DNA of 64,000 nt from an uncultured Verrucomicrobiae bacterium (GCA_963707025.1 CAVPOM010000010.1:128001-192000), one strand, 5' to 3'; positions 9,136 to 19,920 are shown, counted from the first letter of the stretch. Translations and numbers: made by a program. Notes: generated from the letters alone by a model not told the origin.

Positions 9136-10892
9136 TCACCATGTCGTCTCTGCTGCATTTGGGTCGTCATACCACAACGTAAGATAATCGTCATACGGAT
9201 TATGTGGCCCCATCACCCAATAAAACGGGGCGCAAGGAAAATAAAAAGTCACAGCCATCCCACAGGAAATTGGAAAAGAGTGTTGGCTTGACCATTTGAA
9301 CCTGCCACAAGGCAGGCATGAAAAACAAAAAAATCAAACCAACACGGTCCCGGTTTAACGTTTTGCGCCAGATTTGCAATCTCATTCCTGCGCATGAAGT
9401 CTCCAAAATAGCGCGGGAGACCGGGGCTCTGGATAAGTCGCGCACCTTCAGTCCGTGGAGTCACACGGTCAGTTTGCTGGACGCGCAACTCACCCATTGC
9501 ATCGGACTCAACGATCTGTGCGACTCGCTGCAATTGCATTCCGGGCCGCTGTCCACTTTGCGCGGCGCCAGCGCCCCCAGCCGCAACGGCCTCTCCCACG
9601 CCAACCGGGAGCGTCCGGCCCAGATGGCCGAACAACTCTTCTGGCGGGTCCTGGAGCATTTGAAAGCACAGACGCCCGGCTTTGCCGCGGGCCAGCGCCG
9701 TGGCCCCGCCTTCCGTTTCAAGATGCCCATCCATGTGATTGATAGCACGACCATGGAACTGGTGGCCAACTGCCTGGACTGGGCCAAGCACCGCCGGCGC
9801 AAGGCCGCCGCCAAAACCCATATGCGGTTGAATCTGTAGAATCTTTTGCCCGGTTTTGTCATTGTGGACACTGCCGCCGAGCACGACAACCGACGGGCGC
9901 GGGAACTGTGCGCCGACTTGAAGAGCGGCGAAATCGCCTTGTTCGACAAGGGTTATGTGGACTTCGGCCACTTGCGGGATTTGGACGGGCGCGGGGTCTT
10001 TTGGGTGACGCGGGCCAAGGAGAACATGGGCTATGAGGTGGTGCGGAAAATGCCCGCCTCCAGAGACCCGAAGATTTTGCGCGACGAAGTGATCGTCCTG
10101 AGCAACGAGAACAAACCCGCGCCGGAGTTGATGCGCCGGGTGGTGGCGCTGGTCGAGATTGATGGAGAGGAACGGGAAATGACCTTCCTGACCAACAACC
10201 TGGAGTGGAGTCCGCGCAGCGTGGCCGACCTTTACCGCTGCCGCTGGCAGATCGAAGTCTTCTTCAAACAAATCAAGCAGACCTTGCAGTTGGCGGATTT
10301 TCTGGGCCACAACGCCAACGCCGTGCGCTGGCAGGTGTGGACGGCGCTGTTGACCTACGTGCTGTTGCGCTACCTCAGTCACCTCTCCAACTGGGCGCAC
10401 AGCTTCACCCGGCTGTTCACGATTTTGCGGGCGGCGCTCTGGGAGAAATATGATCTGCTCAATTTGCTGGCGTGCTATGGGACAGCAGGCGGCAGCTTTC
10501 GCCACTTGGCGCGGCCCGAGCAGGCGTATTTCCCCGGCTTCCAATAAAGCTATGGGACAGCACACGCGCCCAAACAGGCGCATACCAAACCCAAAAGCCA
10601 AACTCGGAAAAATCAAAATCTCATTTTACCCCGAAGACCAATTAAACCCTTGCAAATGAACAGGTCAGCACCAGACTTTTCCCCTTATGAGACGGGTGTG
10701 ATAAAAAGTCGTTCGAACACGTTCGGGGGCAAAATCAAAATAGCCGCGACCATCCAACGCATAAAAGGGACCCAAGAAAAGCAAGTAAGCGGGATAAACC
10801 AGCACAAGGAAAAGCAACCACCTTCGCACACGCCGAGCGGAACACGACGGCGTTGACAACGTCAACGGATGCTCTGTGCTGAAAACATTCAT
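9136..10892 (-). pseudogene. Small membrane protein (~98 aa) interrupted by IS4 copy 2
   Basis: Removing the IS and one duplication restores ...WLLFLVLVYPAYLLFLGPFY...RTTFY|FPCAPFYWVMGPHNPYDDYLTLWYDDPNAAETTW* in frame. Confidence 0.7.
9250..10700 (+). mobile_element. IS4-family element copy 2 (1451 bp), transposase with nonsense mutation
   Basis: 9-bp duplication ATAAAAAGT; CAG to TAG at 9837-9839 relative to copy 3. Confidence 0.94.
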
Positions 10893-11059
10893 TGGCCCGC
10901 TTACAGTCTGCTTTCAGTATGTGACCATCGCCTCGTTTATTGAAACACAAAAATCCAATGGATCAGAAAGCGCTTGTTTTTTTGCCGCGGCCGGTGGAGG
11001 TTGCATGAAATGAAGCCCTTAATCAGGAAATCAGCAATGGTTATGTGAGTGCCGCCTTT

Positions 11060-12085
11060 ATGAAACCTGCCTCGAGAACCCAATCCGGCGGCACATCGCC
11101 GGGCGGCCGCCAATCCGTCATCTGCGGCGCGGGCCGGGCGAGCCAGGGCTTCACGTTGATCGAATTGCTGGTGGTCATCGCCATCATCGCGATTCTCGCC
11201 GCCTTGCTGCTGCCCACGCTGGCGCGGGCCAAGACCACGGCGCTGGGCGCGCAATGCAAGTCGAACATCAGGCAACTGGCCATTTCGTGGGAATCGTACG
11301 CGGACGACAACAAGAACAAGTTCGTCGTCAATACCGACAATCCCATTCCACTGAACGTGCCCAGGATTTCCCCGTCCTTGAGCTGGCTGGACGGGGCGGA
11401 GGCCTGGGAAGCCAATACCTTTGACAATACGAACTTCAACTTTATTTCGGGGGCTCTCCTGGGGCCGTACGTGGGCCAGAATTTCAAAGTCTATCATTGC
11501 CCGTCCGACCAGTCCGCCACCCTGATCATGGGAAGTTTGCAGGGCCGCTTGCGCAGCATTTCCATGAACGGTTTCGTCGGCCTTAATGCAGACTGGGAGG
11601 CGGATTGGCTCAGCTACCTCAAGCTCTCTGATTTGGCGCATCCTGGTCCGGCCATGCTGTTGGTATTTCTTGACGAACATCCCGACAGCATCAACGACGG
11701 CTGGTTCATGTTCGCCAACGAGGGCGTGCTGGATAACGGGACGGGGGACGGAGCTTGGTTCAACCTCCCCGCCAGTTATCACAACGGGGCGTGCAACCTG
11801 AGTTTTGCCGACGGCCACTCCGAATCGCACCGCTGGGCGGACAAGGCGATGCTCAAGCCGGTGCTCAAGTCGGACTACGTTTTCGCCCAGCCGCAAGTGC
11901 GGACTTCTCCCACCGGCCCGGATTACCAGTACATGCTCGCAGCACGCGTCCTACAAATTCAAATAGCTCGAACCAACCAAAAATGCCCAAAGCTACGGTT
12001 TGACCCGAATGGCGCTTACATAAGGCATTCGGGTTCTTCGCTGTTTTCGGTGGATTTCTTCCGCCTGGACAACCGCCGGAAGTAG
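11060..12085 (+). CDS. Prepilin-type N-terminal cleavage/methylation protein (DUF1559-like)
   Basis: GFTLIELLVVIAIIAILAALLLP; HNGACNLSFADGH (H-X9-DG). The C-terminal tail may result from a frameshift. Confidence 0.9.
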   Translation: MKPASRTQSGGTSPGGRQSVICGAGRASQGFTLIELLVVIAIIAILAALLLPTLARAKTTALGAQCKSNIRQLAISWESYADDNKNKFVVNTDNPIPLNVPRISPSLSWLDGAEAWEANTFDNTNFNFISGALLGPYVGQNFKVYHCPSDQSATLIMGSLQGRLRSISMNGFVGLNADWEADWLSYLKLSDLAHPGPAMLLVFLDEHPDSINDGWFMFANEGVLDNGTGDGAWFNLPASYHNGACNLSFADGHSESHRWADKAMLKPVLKSDYVFAQPQVRTSPTGPDYQYMLAARVLQIQIARTNQKCPKLRFDPNGAYIRHSGSSLFSVDFFRLDNRRK

Positions 12086-12101
12086 CGCAGGGTCCGCTCC
12101 C

Positions 12102-12270
12102 GACCATTGCTCGGAAACAGCCGTTACATCGTTACACACATTGGGTATGACGGTGAAGTCAAGCGGAAGGGGACCATTGCTCCGTTACAGCCGTTACATC
12201 GTTACACCTGTTGCACCACAAGCACTTACGCATTTTAGAGCCGTTACACCCCCGTTACATGCCGTTACAT
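12102..12270 (+). repeat. Cluster of eight CGTTACA direct repeats (iteron-like)
   Basis: CGTTACA at 12122, 12130, 12183, 12192, 12200, 12242, 12253, 12263; GACCATTGCTC occurs twice. Confidence 0.85.
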
Positions 12271-12443
12271 CTTCGGAGGTGTTAAAACTCCCATGCTTTG
12301 TACAATATTATCGGTAACCCCTTCCAGCGCTGCCGTTTCCATGATGACGGCCATGCGGCGCTCGTGCTGCACGGCCGCCAGTTCAGCCCTCGCCTCACCT
12401 CCATGCCGTCGCACACCATCGCGGCCATCCCAACACTCACGCC

Positions 12444-13700
12444 TCATTGGGAACTGATGCGGTAGTATCTTCCGGCGCTGACCGGCTGAAAAGGTTCGCT
12501 GAAATAATAGGAACCGTTGGTGAGGGTGAGGCTCTGCAACGGAGTCCAAACTTGGCTGGCCAGATTGGTGCAGGCTTCCACCACGATGGGGATATTGCTG
12601 GTGCCGGTGATGTTAAACCCAAATTGATTGTTCCGCACGCCAAAGGTGCCGTCCCCGGTTTGGATCAGCGGGTTCCAGAGGACGGCAGGACAAAAGTCGA
12701 AAGAGTTGCTCCAGCCGGTGGCTCCCGGCAGGTAATAGACCGTCCCCTGGAGCAGGGATCCAAGATTGGGTCCATCGTACGGAATAATGCCCGGCGCGTC
12801 GTCTAGGAAATAGATGCTGGTCAAGGGGCATCCTTGGAACGCGTCAGCCGCGAAATTGGTGACGCTGTTGGGAATGGTCACGCTCGTCAAGCTATTGCAG
12901 TTAACAAACGCATCGTCGCCAAGGCTCGTCACGGTGTCCGGAATCGTCACCTTCGACAAGAAGGCGCATTCCGCGAATACAGAATTTCCAATGCTCGTAA
13001 TGCTCTTGGGTATTGTGACGCTCGTCAGGAAGCAGTGGGAGAAGGCAGAATCTCCGATGTTGGTGACGCTGGCGGGAATCGTCAGATTGGTCAGGCCAAG
13101 GCATCCCTCGAACGCCGAATCACCGATGCTCGTGACGTTGGTGGGGATGGTGAGGCTGGGCAGTTCACTACAGTGTCCGAATGCTTGATCCCCGATGCTT
13201 GTGACGCCGCCAGGGATCGTGACGCTCGTCAACTGCCAGCACTCGAGGAACGCGCGCGCCGCGATGCTGGTAATACCATCGCCGATTATGGCGTTGGTTA
13301 GGCTGAGGCATTGAGCGAACGCAGAATCCCCCATGTTGGTGACGCTATTTGGGATTACAAGGCTGGTCAAGTACTCGCAGTTGGAGAAGGCCCCGACTCC
13401 AAGGACTGTGACGCTGTCGGGAATGGCAACGTTTGTCAGGCTCAAGACGTTTGCGAATGCATTCGTCCCGATGACCATCACGGAAAGGCTTGTGATCGTG
13501 CTTGGAATGGCCACGGCGCCGCCTGAACCGGTGTAAAGCGTGATGGTAATCGTGTTGTCCGCGTTAGTCACGTAATCGTAATCCTGCGTCTCCTTAGCAT
13601 TCCCCGCAGAAGGCCCGGCCAGGAGGCCCAATCCAAAAAGGATGAGTCCACGAATAATAACCTCCTTTGTCATAATCTTTTTCTCCGTATCTAAATCCAT
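12444..13700 (-). CDS. BspA-like leucine-rich repeat surface protein
   Basis: Signal peptide; repeated LTSVTIP.SVTSIGDSAF..C units. Confidence 0.9.
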   Translation of the reverse strand: MDLDTEKKIMTKEVIIRGLILFGLGLLAGPSAGNAKETQDYDYVTNADNTITITLYTGSGGAVAIPSTITSLSVMVIGTNAFANVLSLTNVAIPDSVTVLGVGAFSNCEYLTSLVIPNSVTNMGDSAFAQCLSLTNAIIGDGITSIAARAFLECWQLTSVTIPGGVTSIGDQAFGHCSELPSLTIPTNVTSIGDSAFEGCLGLTNLTIPASVTNIGDSAFSHCFLTSVTIPKSITSIGNSVFAECAFLSKVTIPDTVTSLGDDAFVNCNSLTSVTIPNSVTNFAADAFQGCPLTSIYFLDDAPGIIPYDGPNLGSLLQGTVYYLPGATGWSNSFDFCPAVLWNPLIQTGDGTFGVRNNQFGFNITGTSNIPIVVEACTNLASQVWTPLQSLTLTNGSYYFSEPFQPVSAGRYYRISSQ

Positions 13701-13736
13701 TTTTCTGTTTCTCCCAATGGGGGCGGATTAGTTTTG

Positions 13737-15653
13737 TTAAGGAAAGCTGGAGGCGCCCCCAATATAGCCGTAGGCATCATCGGGCCCCCACCCATAGGCC
13801 TGCACCTCGATCGGCTGCGTACTTCTGATTGTATTGGTGCTCCCGGGAGGAACTGAGATGCGCGCCCCGGAGTAGCCGCTTTGGCCTATCTGTAGGAAAT
13901 TGTTGGTTGAGATGTTTGTGCCATCCATCATTGTCGTTGAGATGGCCGATTGGGGAACGATGAGATTGACGAAATTCTGGTCAAAGTCCCCGGTATCGCC
14001 GAAGTCTGCGGGAATGGTGATGGTGTAAGAGGTCAAATAATGACGCGTCGGCGGCAACAGCATCTCGAGGGGATCCCCTTCATTGTTATTCGTGCCATCG
14101 AATGCGTATCCATCGGGGAATTGGGCCACTTGAATGGGCTTGTTGGCCTGGAATTGCGCCCAGCCCCCCAGGTTGGTGTCAAAGAATTGCCCCGCGCCAA
14201 GGTTGGTCGTGAACACGCCCTTTGGGGACCATACTGTTACTTGCGCGCCATTAGTCGCCGCAAGGACACGATAAGTGTCCCCATTAGTTCGACCGGCGAA
14301 GGAAAGGGACAGCGCTTGGGTTCCCCAGGAACAGACCGGCAGTTGCTCCTGCACGAGTGGGTTGCCGCTCTCGGTCAATTCGTAAGGCACGAGGGCATTT
14401 CCCGCGCCAGCGAAAACGGCAATCGGGTTATCTGATGTGATCCATGTTCCGGTCACATCGTTGGTTATCGTGCCGCTGGAAACTTGATAACTCTGCCCGT
14501 TGGTCAGGGCGACCCTGTAGCTGTTGCTGTAAGAACCACCAGACGATGTTGCCAGATTCGCGTTGGTTGAAGGATTGATGGTCACGATTGCGCCCTCGGC
14601 TGTCGCGACGATGGCAAACTGCGAGGTGTAACTGTCACCGCTGAGGGACGGACGGGCCATGAGACAGTAATTGGTCCCCAGCATCGGGGTTGGAAAAGCA
14701 GTGAACGCCCAGCTTCCTTCCGGATAAAAATCCATGCCATAAACGGACAGTTGTTGGCTGGCAGTAATATGGAAGGTGAAGCCAACATTCGTAGCGTCAT
14801 AATTTGGAATGGCCACCTCCTCAAGCAGATCGTTAAGCAGAATACCGTTCATGGTTGCGGGCATCAGGATGAAACTGGTGGTAATGCCTCCTGATACCCT
14901 TATACTGTTGCTCACCTGAGTTGTAAAGTTAAGCCAGTAATAACCGCCTAATCCTGCACCATTTACAAAAGCGACCCAGAAATCAGTTCCGGAGGAGGAA
15001 TTGGTCGCCCCCAACGCGAAGAAGCGCTGCGGGTCTCCCTCGTTGGTCAACGGGATGATCGTTTGTCCCGGCGTGGTGGTCATGAACCACTGCCAGACGA
15101 TGGGCGGGGCCAGGTTGGTTGTGGTCAGGATATTGTACACCCCGTTGGTGACGTACCACGGTGTGTGAAGCACCAAGCTGGCCGACGTTGCGTTCGACGA
15201 TGGGGCAATCTCCAGGTACAAATCATTCGTGGTGTATTGAACCATCGGCATGCTGACACCGCCGGCGGAGTTGGTACCGCCGGAGTTTGTCCCGCCTGGC
15301 GGGGGCGGGGCACCGGAGACCATTGCGCCCATTCCGCCAGTTTGGGCAGAAGTCGCGAACATGGCATTGCCAGAAGCGGAATAATCCCATCCCCTGTCAT
15401 CCACGATGAAAATGTTGCTGGAGAGGCCGGCGTACACCGCCAGTTGCGGCAGCCAGTCAGTCGGCCAGGGAGGAATATTGAGCTGGGCAGAAAAGAACGT
15501 CCCCGTGGAGGGGACGCTCGCCAGCGGGGTTGCGGCTGGGTCGGTTGCTCCCCCCACCAGGATTTGGGCCTCGATTGCGCCGGGCAACAAGCCTCCCAAT
15601 GTGAAAAGGCCGAACGCAACAACAGCCTTTAAAGTTTTCATCTTTGCTTCCAT
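13737..15653 (-). CDS. Secreted IgGFc-binding-domain protein; IS4 copy 3 sits just upstream of its start
   Basis: Signal MKTLKAVVAFGLF...; SSGTDFWVAF, DVTGTWITSDNPIAVFAG, EQLPVCSWG, AYGYIGG. ORF-track start 15860 lies inside the IS. Confidence 0.8.
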   Translation of the reverse strand: MEAKMKTLKAVVAFGLFTLGGLLPGAIEAQILVGGATDPAATPLASVPSTGTFFSAQLNIPPWPTDWLPQLAVYAGLSSNIFIVDDRGWDYSASGNAMFATSAQTGGMGAMVSGAPPPPGGTNSGGTNSAGGVSMPMVQYTTNDLYLEIAPSSNATSASLVLHTPWYVTNGVYNILTTTNLAPPIVWQWFMTTTPGQTIIPLTNEGDPQRFFALGATNSSSGTDFWVAFVNGAGLGGYYWLNFTTQVSNSIRVSGGITTSFILMPATMNGILLNDLLEEVAIPNYDATNVGFTFHITASQQLSVYGMDFYPEGSWAFTAFPTPMLGTNYCLMARPSLSGDSYTSQFAIVATAEGAIVTINPSTNANLATSSGGSYSNSYRVALTNGQSYQVSSGTITNDVTGTWITSDNPIAVFAGAGNALVPYELTESGNPLVQEQLPVCSWGTQALSLSFAGRTNGDTYRVLAATNGAQVTVWSPKGVFTTNLGAGQFFDTNLGGWAQFQANKPIQVAQFPDGYAFDGTNNNEGDPLEMLLPPTRHYLTSYTITIPADFGDTGDFDQNFVNLIVPQSAISTTMMDGTNISTNNFLQIGQSGYSGARISVPPGSTNTIRSTQPIEVQAYGWGPDDAYGYIGGASSFP

Positions 15654-15664
15654 TGGTTTGGATT

Positions 15665-17115
15665 CACAGCCATCCCACAGGAAATTGGAAAAAAGTGTTG
15701 GCTTGACCATTTGAACCTGCCACAAGGCAGGCATGAAAAACAAAAAAATCAAACCAACACGGTCCCGGTTTAACGTTTTGCGCCAGATTTGCAATCTCAT
15801 TCCTGCGCATGAAGTCTCCAAAATAGCGCGGGAGACCGGGGCTCTGGATAAGTCGCGCACCTTCAGTCCGTGGAGTCACACGGTCAGTTTGCTGGACGCG
15901 CAACTCACCCATTGCATCGGACTCAACGATCTGTGCGACTCGCTGCAATTGCATTCCGGGCCGCTGTCCACTTTGCGCGGCGCCAGCGCCCCCAGCCGCA
16001 ACGGCCTCTCCCACGCCAACCGGGAGCGTCCGGCCCAGATGGCCGAACAACTCTTCTGGCGGGTCCTGGAGCATTTGAAAGCACAGACGCCCGGCTTTGC
16101 CGCGGGCCAGCGCCGTGGCCCCGCCTTCCGTTTCAAGATGCCCATCCATGTGATTGATAGCACGACCATGGAACTGGTGGCCAACTGCCTGGACTGGGCC
16201 AAGCACCGCCGGCGCAAGGCCGCCGCCAAAACCCATATGCGGTTGAATCTGCAGAATCTTTTGCCCGGTTTTGTCATTGTGGACACTGCCGCCGAGCACG
16301 ACAACCGACGGGCGCGGGAACTGTGCGCCGACTTGAAGAGCGGCGAAATCGCCTTGTTCGACAAGGGTTATGTGGACTTCGGCCACTTGCGGGATTTGGA
16401 CGGGCGCGGGGTCTTTTGGGTGACGCGGGCCAAGGAGAACATGGGCTATGAGGTGGTGCGGAAAATGCCCGCCTCCAGAGACCCGAAGATTTTGCGCGAC
16501 GAAGTGATCGTCCTGAGCAACGAGAACAAACCCGCGCCGGAGTTGATGCGCCGGGTGGTGGCGCTGGTCGAGATTGATGGAGAGGAACGGGAAATGACCT
16601 TCCTGACCAACAACCTGGAGTGGAGTCCGCGCAGCGTGGCCGACCTTTACCGCTGCCGCTGGCAGATCGAAGTCTTCTTCAAACAAATCAAGCAGACCTT
16701 GCAGTTGGCGGATTTTCTGGGCCACAACGCCAACGCCGTGCGCTGGCAGGTGTGGACGGCGCTGTTGACCTACGTGCTGTTGCGCTACCTCAGTCACCTC
16801 TCCAACTGGGCGCACAGCTTCACCCGGCTGTTCACGATTTTGCGGGCGGCGCTCTGGGAGAAATATGATCTGCTCAATTTGCTGGCGTGCTATGGGACAG
16901 CAGGCGGCAGCTTTCGCCACTTGGCGCGGCCCGAGCAGGCGTATTTCCCCGGCTTCCAATAAAGCTATGGGACAGCACACGCGCCCAAACAGGCGCATAC
17001 CAAACCCAAAAGCCAAACTCGGAAAAATCAAAATCTCATTTTACCCCGAAGACCAATTAAACCCTTGCAAATGAACAGGTCAGCACCAGACTTTTCCCCT
17101 TATGAGACGGGTGTG
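15665..17115 (+). mobile_element. IS4-family element copy 3 (1451 bp), intact
   Basis: Imperfect terminal repeats CACAGCCATCCCA / CACACCCGTCTCA; 9-bp duplication GTTTGGATT. Confidence 0.95.
15733..16962 (+). CDS. IS4-family DDE transposase (409 aa)
   Basis: IDSTT, FDKGY, YRCRWQIEVFFKQIKQ (YREK signature). Confidence 0.95.
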   Translation: MKNKKIKPTRSRFNVLRQICNLIPAHEVSKIARETGALDKSRTFSPWSHTVSLLDAQLTHCIGLNDLCDSLQLHSGPLSTLRGASAPSRNGLSHANRERPAQMAEQLFWRVLEHLKAQTPGFAAGQRRGPAFRFKMPIHVIDSTTMELVANCLDWAKHRRRKAAAKTHMRLNLQNLLPGFVIVDTAAEHDNRRARELCADLKSGEIALFDKGYVDFGHLRDLDGRGVFWVTRAKENMGYEVVRKMPASRDPKILRDEVIVLSNENKPAPELMRRVVALVEIDGEEREMTFLTNNLEWSPRSVADLYRCRWQIEVFFKQIKQTLQLADFLGHNANAVRWQVWTALLTYVLLRYLSHLSNWAHSFTRLFTILRAALWEKYDLLNLLACYGTAGGSFRHLARPEQAYFPGFQ

Positions 17116-17277
17116 GTTTGGATTCAATTAATACTCCTTGGACGCTTGACAGCGACCGCATGACGACTACACTTACAATCTTATGCCTGTTACTTGCCGC
17201 AAGGCAATCCACATTTCTTGGTAATTAAGCCCCTTTTCTTGCCCCAGCATGGGTCAATTCAGCGGAAAAGCCCGACC

Positions 17278-18105
17278 TCACCCGCCGCCTTCGCCGGGCC
17301 TACGGCGGGCAGGCCTCCCCTCTCCTCCAGGAGAGGGTGAAATATCCGCCGCCCTGGCGAAAGGACGGAGCCGGGATTTGCCGGACGCGCATGCGCCCAA
17401 ACCCAGGCGGGCGATGTCAGTTCCTTCTCCCAGGGGGAGAAGGTCAGGATGAGGGCGGGCTGCGAGAAATTTTGTAAAGCGGTCAAGCCCGGAATTCGGA
17501 ATTACATTCATACTTGCTTCGCCTGCACAGCCGCCGTGTTTTGCTTTCTCCTTGAGGCATGAGCGAGGATTAGAGGAAATCGTGGGGATGAGGCGAAGCC
17601 AAAAAGCCAAGTCAGTGGAGAAGCTCGACCTCACCCCAGCCCTCTCCTCCAGGAGAGGGTGAAACATCCGCCGCCCTGGCGAAAGGACGGAGCCGGGATT
17701 TGCCGGACGCGCATGCGCCCAAACCCAGGCGGGCGATGTCAGTTCCTTCTCCCAGGGGGAGAAGGTCAGGATGAGGGCGGGCTGCGAGAAATTTTGTAAA
17801 GCGGTCAAGCCCGGAATTCGGAATTACATTCATATATGCTTCGCCTGCACAGCCGCCGTGTCCTGCTTTCTCCTTGAGGCATGAGCGAGGATTAGCGGAA
17901 ATCGTCGGGATGAGGCGAAGCCAAAAAGCCAAGTCAGTGGAGAAGCTCGTCCTCACCCCCGCCCTCTCCTCCAGGAGAGGGTGAAACATCCGCCGCCCTG
18001 GCGAAAGGACGGAGCCGGGATTTGCCGGACACGCATGCGCCCAACCCCAGGCGCGCGATGTCTATTCCTTCTCCCAGGGGGAGAAGGTCAGGATGAGGGC
18101 GGGCC
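17278..18105. repeat. Tandem array of ~2.5 copies of a 322-bp palindrome-rich unit
   Basis: CCCTCTCCTCCAGGAGAGGG at 17318, 17640, 17962, each followed by CCTTCTCCCAGGGGGAGAAGG. Confidence 0.92.
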
Positions 18106-18218
18106 ACGATCAATTCTTTCTCACACCGGCACCCGGAACCATACATCCATAAGGCTGGCAAATGCGCCCGGATGAGTTTAACTTTTCAGATGCACCCACG
18201 GAGCGCAGTATTTTTAAG

Positions 18219-19529
18219 ATGCCCAACATGGATTTGAGAATGGCAGGCTGGCTGGCCCTGGCCTCCGCGCTTTGCTGCGGATCGGCCGGCGCGTCGGATG
18301 TATTCCTTGCGGCGGCGGACTTTTCCGACCTGGCGTATTTCGAGTCGCTGGGTGTCACGTATAAAGATGGCGGACAGGTCCAGGACGGGCTGGCCATTCT
18401 CAAGCATCACGGCCTCAACTGCGTCCGGCTGCGGCTGTTCACCAGCAGCGCCGCGCAGGCCGCGTCGGACCCCTACAACTACGGCAACAACCTGGTCTAC
18501 AACCTGCCGCTGGCCTTGCGCGTCAAGAAGGCCGGCCTGCTCTTCTCGCTGGATTTTCATTACTCGGACACCTGGGCCGACCCCGGCCATCAAGCCACGC
18601 CCTCGGCCTGGACAAATCTGAACTTTAGCCAACTGGTGCAGCAGATGCGCAGCTACAACAGCAACACCATCTGGCAGTTTGCCACCAATGGCTCGATGCC
18701 GGATTACGTGCAAGTGGGCAACGAAATCACCGCCGGCATGTTGTGGCCCTTGGGGCAGGTCCCCGGCACCAATGCCGCCGTGCAATGGTCCCAGCTCGGC
18801 CAGTTGCTCACCGCCGCCATCCAGGGAATCCACGACGCCGCGGGGGCGGGCGCGCCGCGGATAATCATTCATATTGACAGGGGCGGGGATTGGGCCACGA
18901 CCGAGTGGTTTTTTGACAACGTCAAGGCGCAGGGGGTCGCGTTCGACATCCTGGGCGAGAGTTATTACCCGTTCTATCACGGCCCGTTGACCAATCTGAA
19001 CATTTGCCTGAGCAACGCGGCCGTGCGCTACGGCAAACCGGTCGTTGTCGCCGAGACCGCCTTTCCGTGGAACAACACCCACTGGACGACCAACATTTTT
19101 GGCTTCGTTCCCAGCACCAACGGCCAGGTCAGCTATATGGCGGCGTTGGCGCAGATCATCAAAGGCGTGACCAACCAGCTTGGCGCGGGCGTTTTCTATT
19201 GGGGGGCGGAATATCAGGCGGTCAACGGCGTCAACGAGGCTGGCTTTAATACGGCCTCGTTTTTTGATGCGGGGGGAAATGTATTGCCGGTGGCGGACGC
19301 GGTGGGCGGCCTTGGCGCCCCGCTTTATCTGAGCGCCTCGCTGCTTGGCCCGAACCTGCTGCTGCAATGGCCGTTCAGCGGAGCGGCGGCCCGGCTGATG
19401 ACCTCAACCAGTCTGGCGCCCACCGCGGTGTGGTCGCAGGCGACCAATTCGATCACCAACACCGGGCCGGTGTTCACCGTGACCCTGCCCCGCGGCGGCT
19501 CTCGTTTTTATCGGCTGCAATCGAATTAG
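18219..19529 (+). CDS. Endo-beta-1,4-galactanase, GH53
   Basis: LDFHYSDTWADPGHQ, VQVGNEI, SYYPFYHG, VAETAFP; start approximate. Confidence 0.92.
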   Translation: MPNMDLRMAGWLALASALCCGSAGASDVFLAAADFSDLAYFESLGVTYKDGGQVQDGLAILKHHGLNCVRLRLFTSSAAQAASDPYNYGNNLVYNLPLALRVKKAGLLFSLDFHYSDTWADPGHQATPSAWTNLNFSQLVQQMRSYNSNTIWQFATNGSMPDYVQVGNEITAGMLWPLGQVPGTNAAVQWSQLGQLLTAAIQGIHDAAGAGAPRIIIHIDRGGDWATTEWFFDNVKAQGVAFDILGESYYPFYHGPLTNLNICLSNAAVRYGKPVVVAETAFPWNNTHWTTNIFGFVPSTNGQVSYMAALAQIIKGVTNQLGAGVFYWGAEYQAVNGVNEAGFNTASFFDAGGNVLPVADAVGGLGAPLYLSASLLGPNLLLQWPFSGAAARLMTSTSLAPTAVWSQATNSITNTGPVFTVTLPRGGSRFYRLQSN

Positions 19530-19635
19530 AGCAGTGCGAAGAACGCCCCAGTCCAAGGACGCGGTGATTCTGCGCAACGAGGTCGTCAACTTCCGCAATG
19601 CAGCGAAAGGCGTCAGTCATGGTTGCGCCGGGAAA

Positions 19636-19828
19636 GGCAGGGCGGGCAGTCCCCTGCCCGCCGTGCCCGCCGCTCGACGGTAGTGCGACATTTATTCCTC
19701 TGCCAATGCCTGACGGCGGGCAGGGGACTGCCCGCCCTACCTGCCATGAGTCACGTATTATACCGTTTCCAGTTCGTAACTGCACTATTGCCAAGGCGAT
19801 TGGCGGCGGTCGCAGACCGCCGCTACAG
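19636..19828. repeat. GTAG-type REP doublet plus a single REP
   Basis: AGGGCGGGCAGTCCCCTGCCCGCCG and its inverse; GGCGGCGGTCGCAGACCGCCGCTAC. Confidence 0.8.
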
Positions 19829-19920
19829 TGCAAAAGCAAACCGGAAAAGGTATTGCGACAAAACCCTGCAAATGGAGGGGATGACAATGGGGCGCGGCGT
19901 CGTATGATGGGCGCCATACC

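Noticed and set aside
28..9839. TAG recoding suggested by two in-frame ambers
   Set aside because: TAG ends normal genes here (GH53, SOD, TonB receptor), and IS4 copies 1 and 3 have CAG at the equivalent codon.
6597..17031. 455-459 aa ORFs antisense to each IS4 transposase
   Set aside because: Shadow frames of a GC-rich gene with no recognisable motifs.
6513..17115. Composite transposon bounded by IS4 copies
   Set aside because: Each copy has its own matching target duplication.
17278..18105. CRISPR array or coding repeats
   Set aside because: Whole 322-bp units repeat, with no unique spacers and no cas genes.
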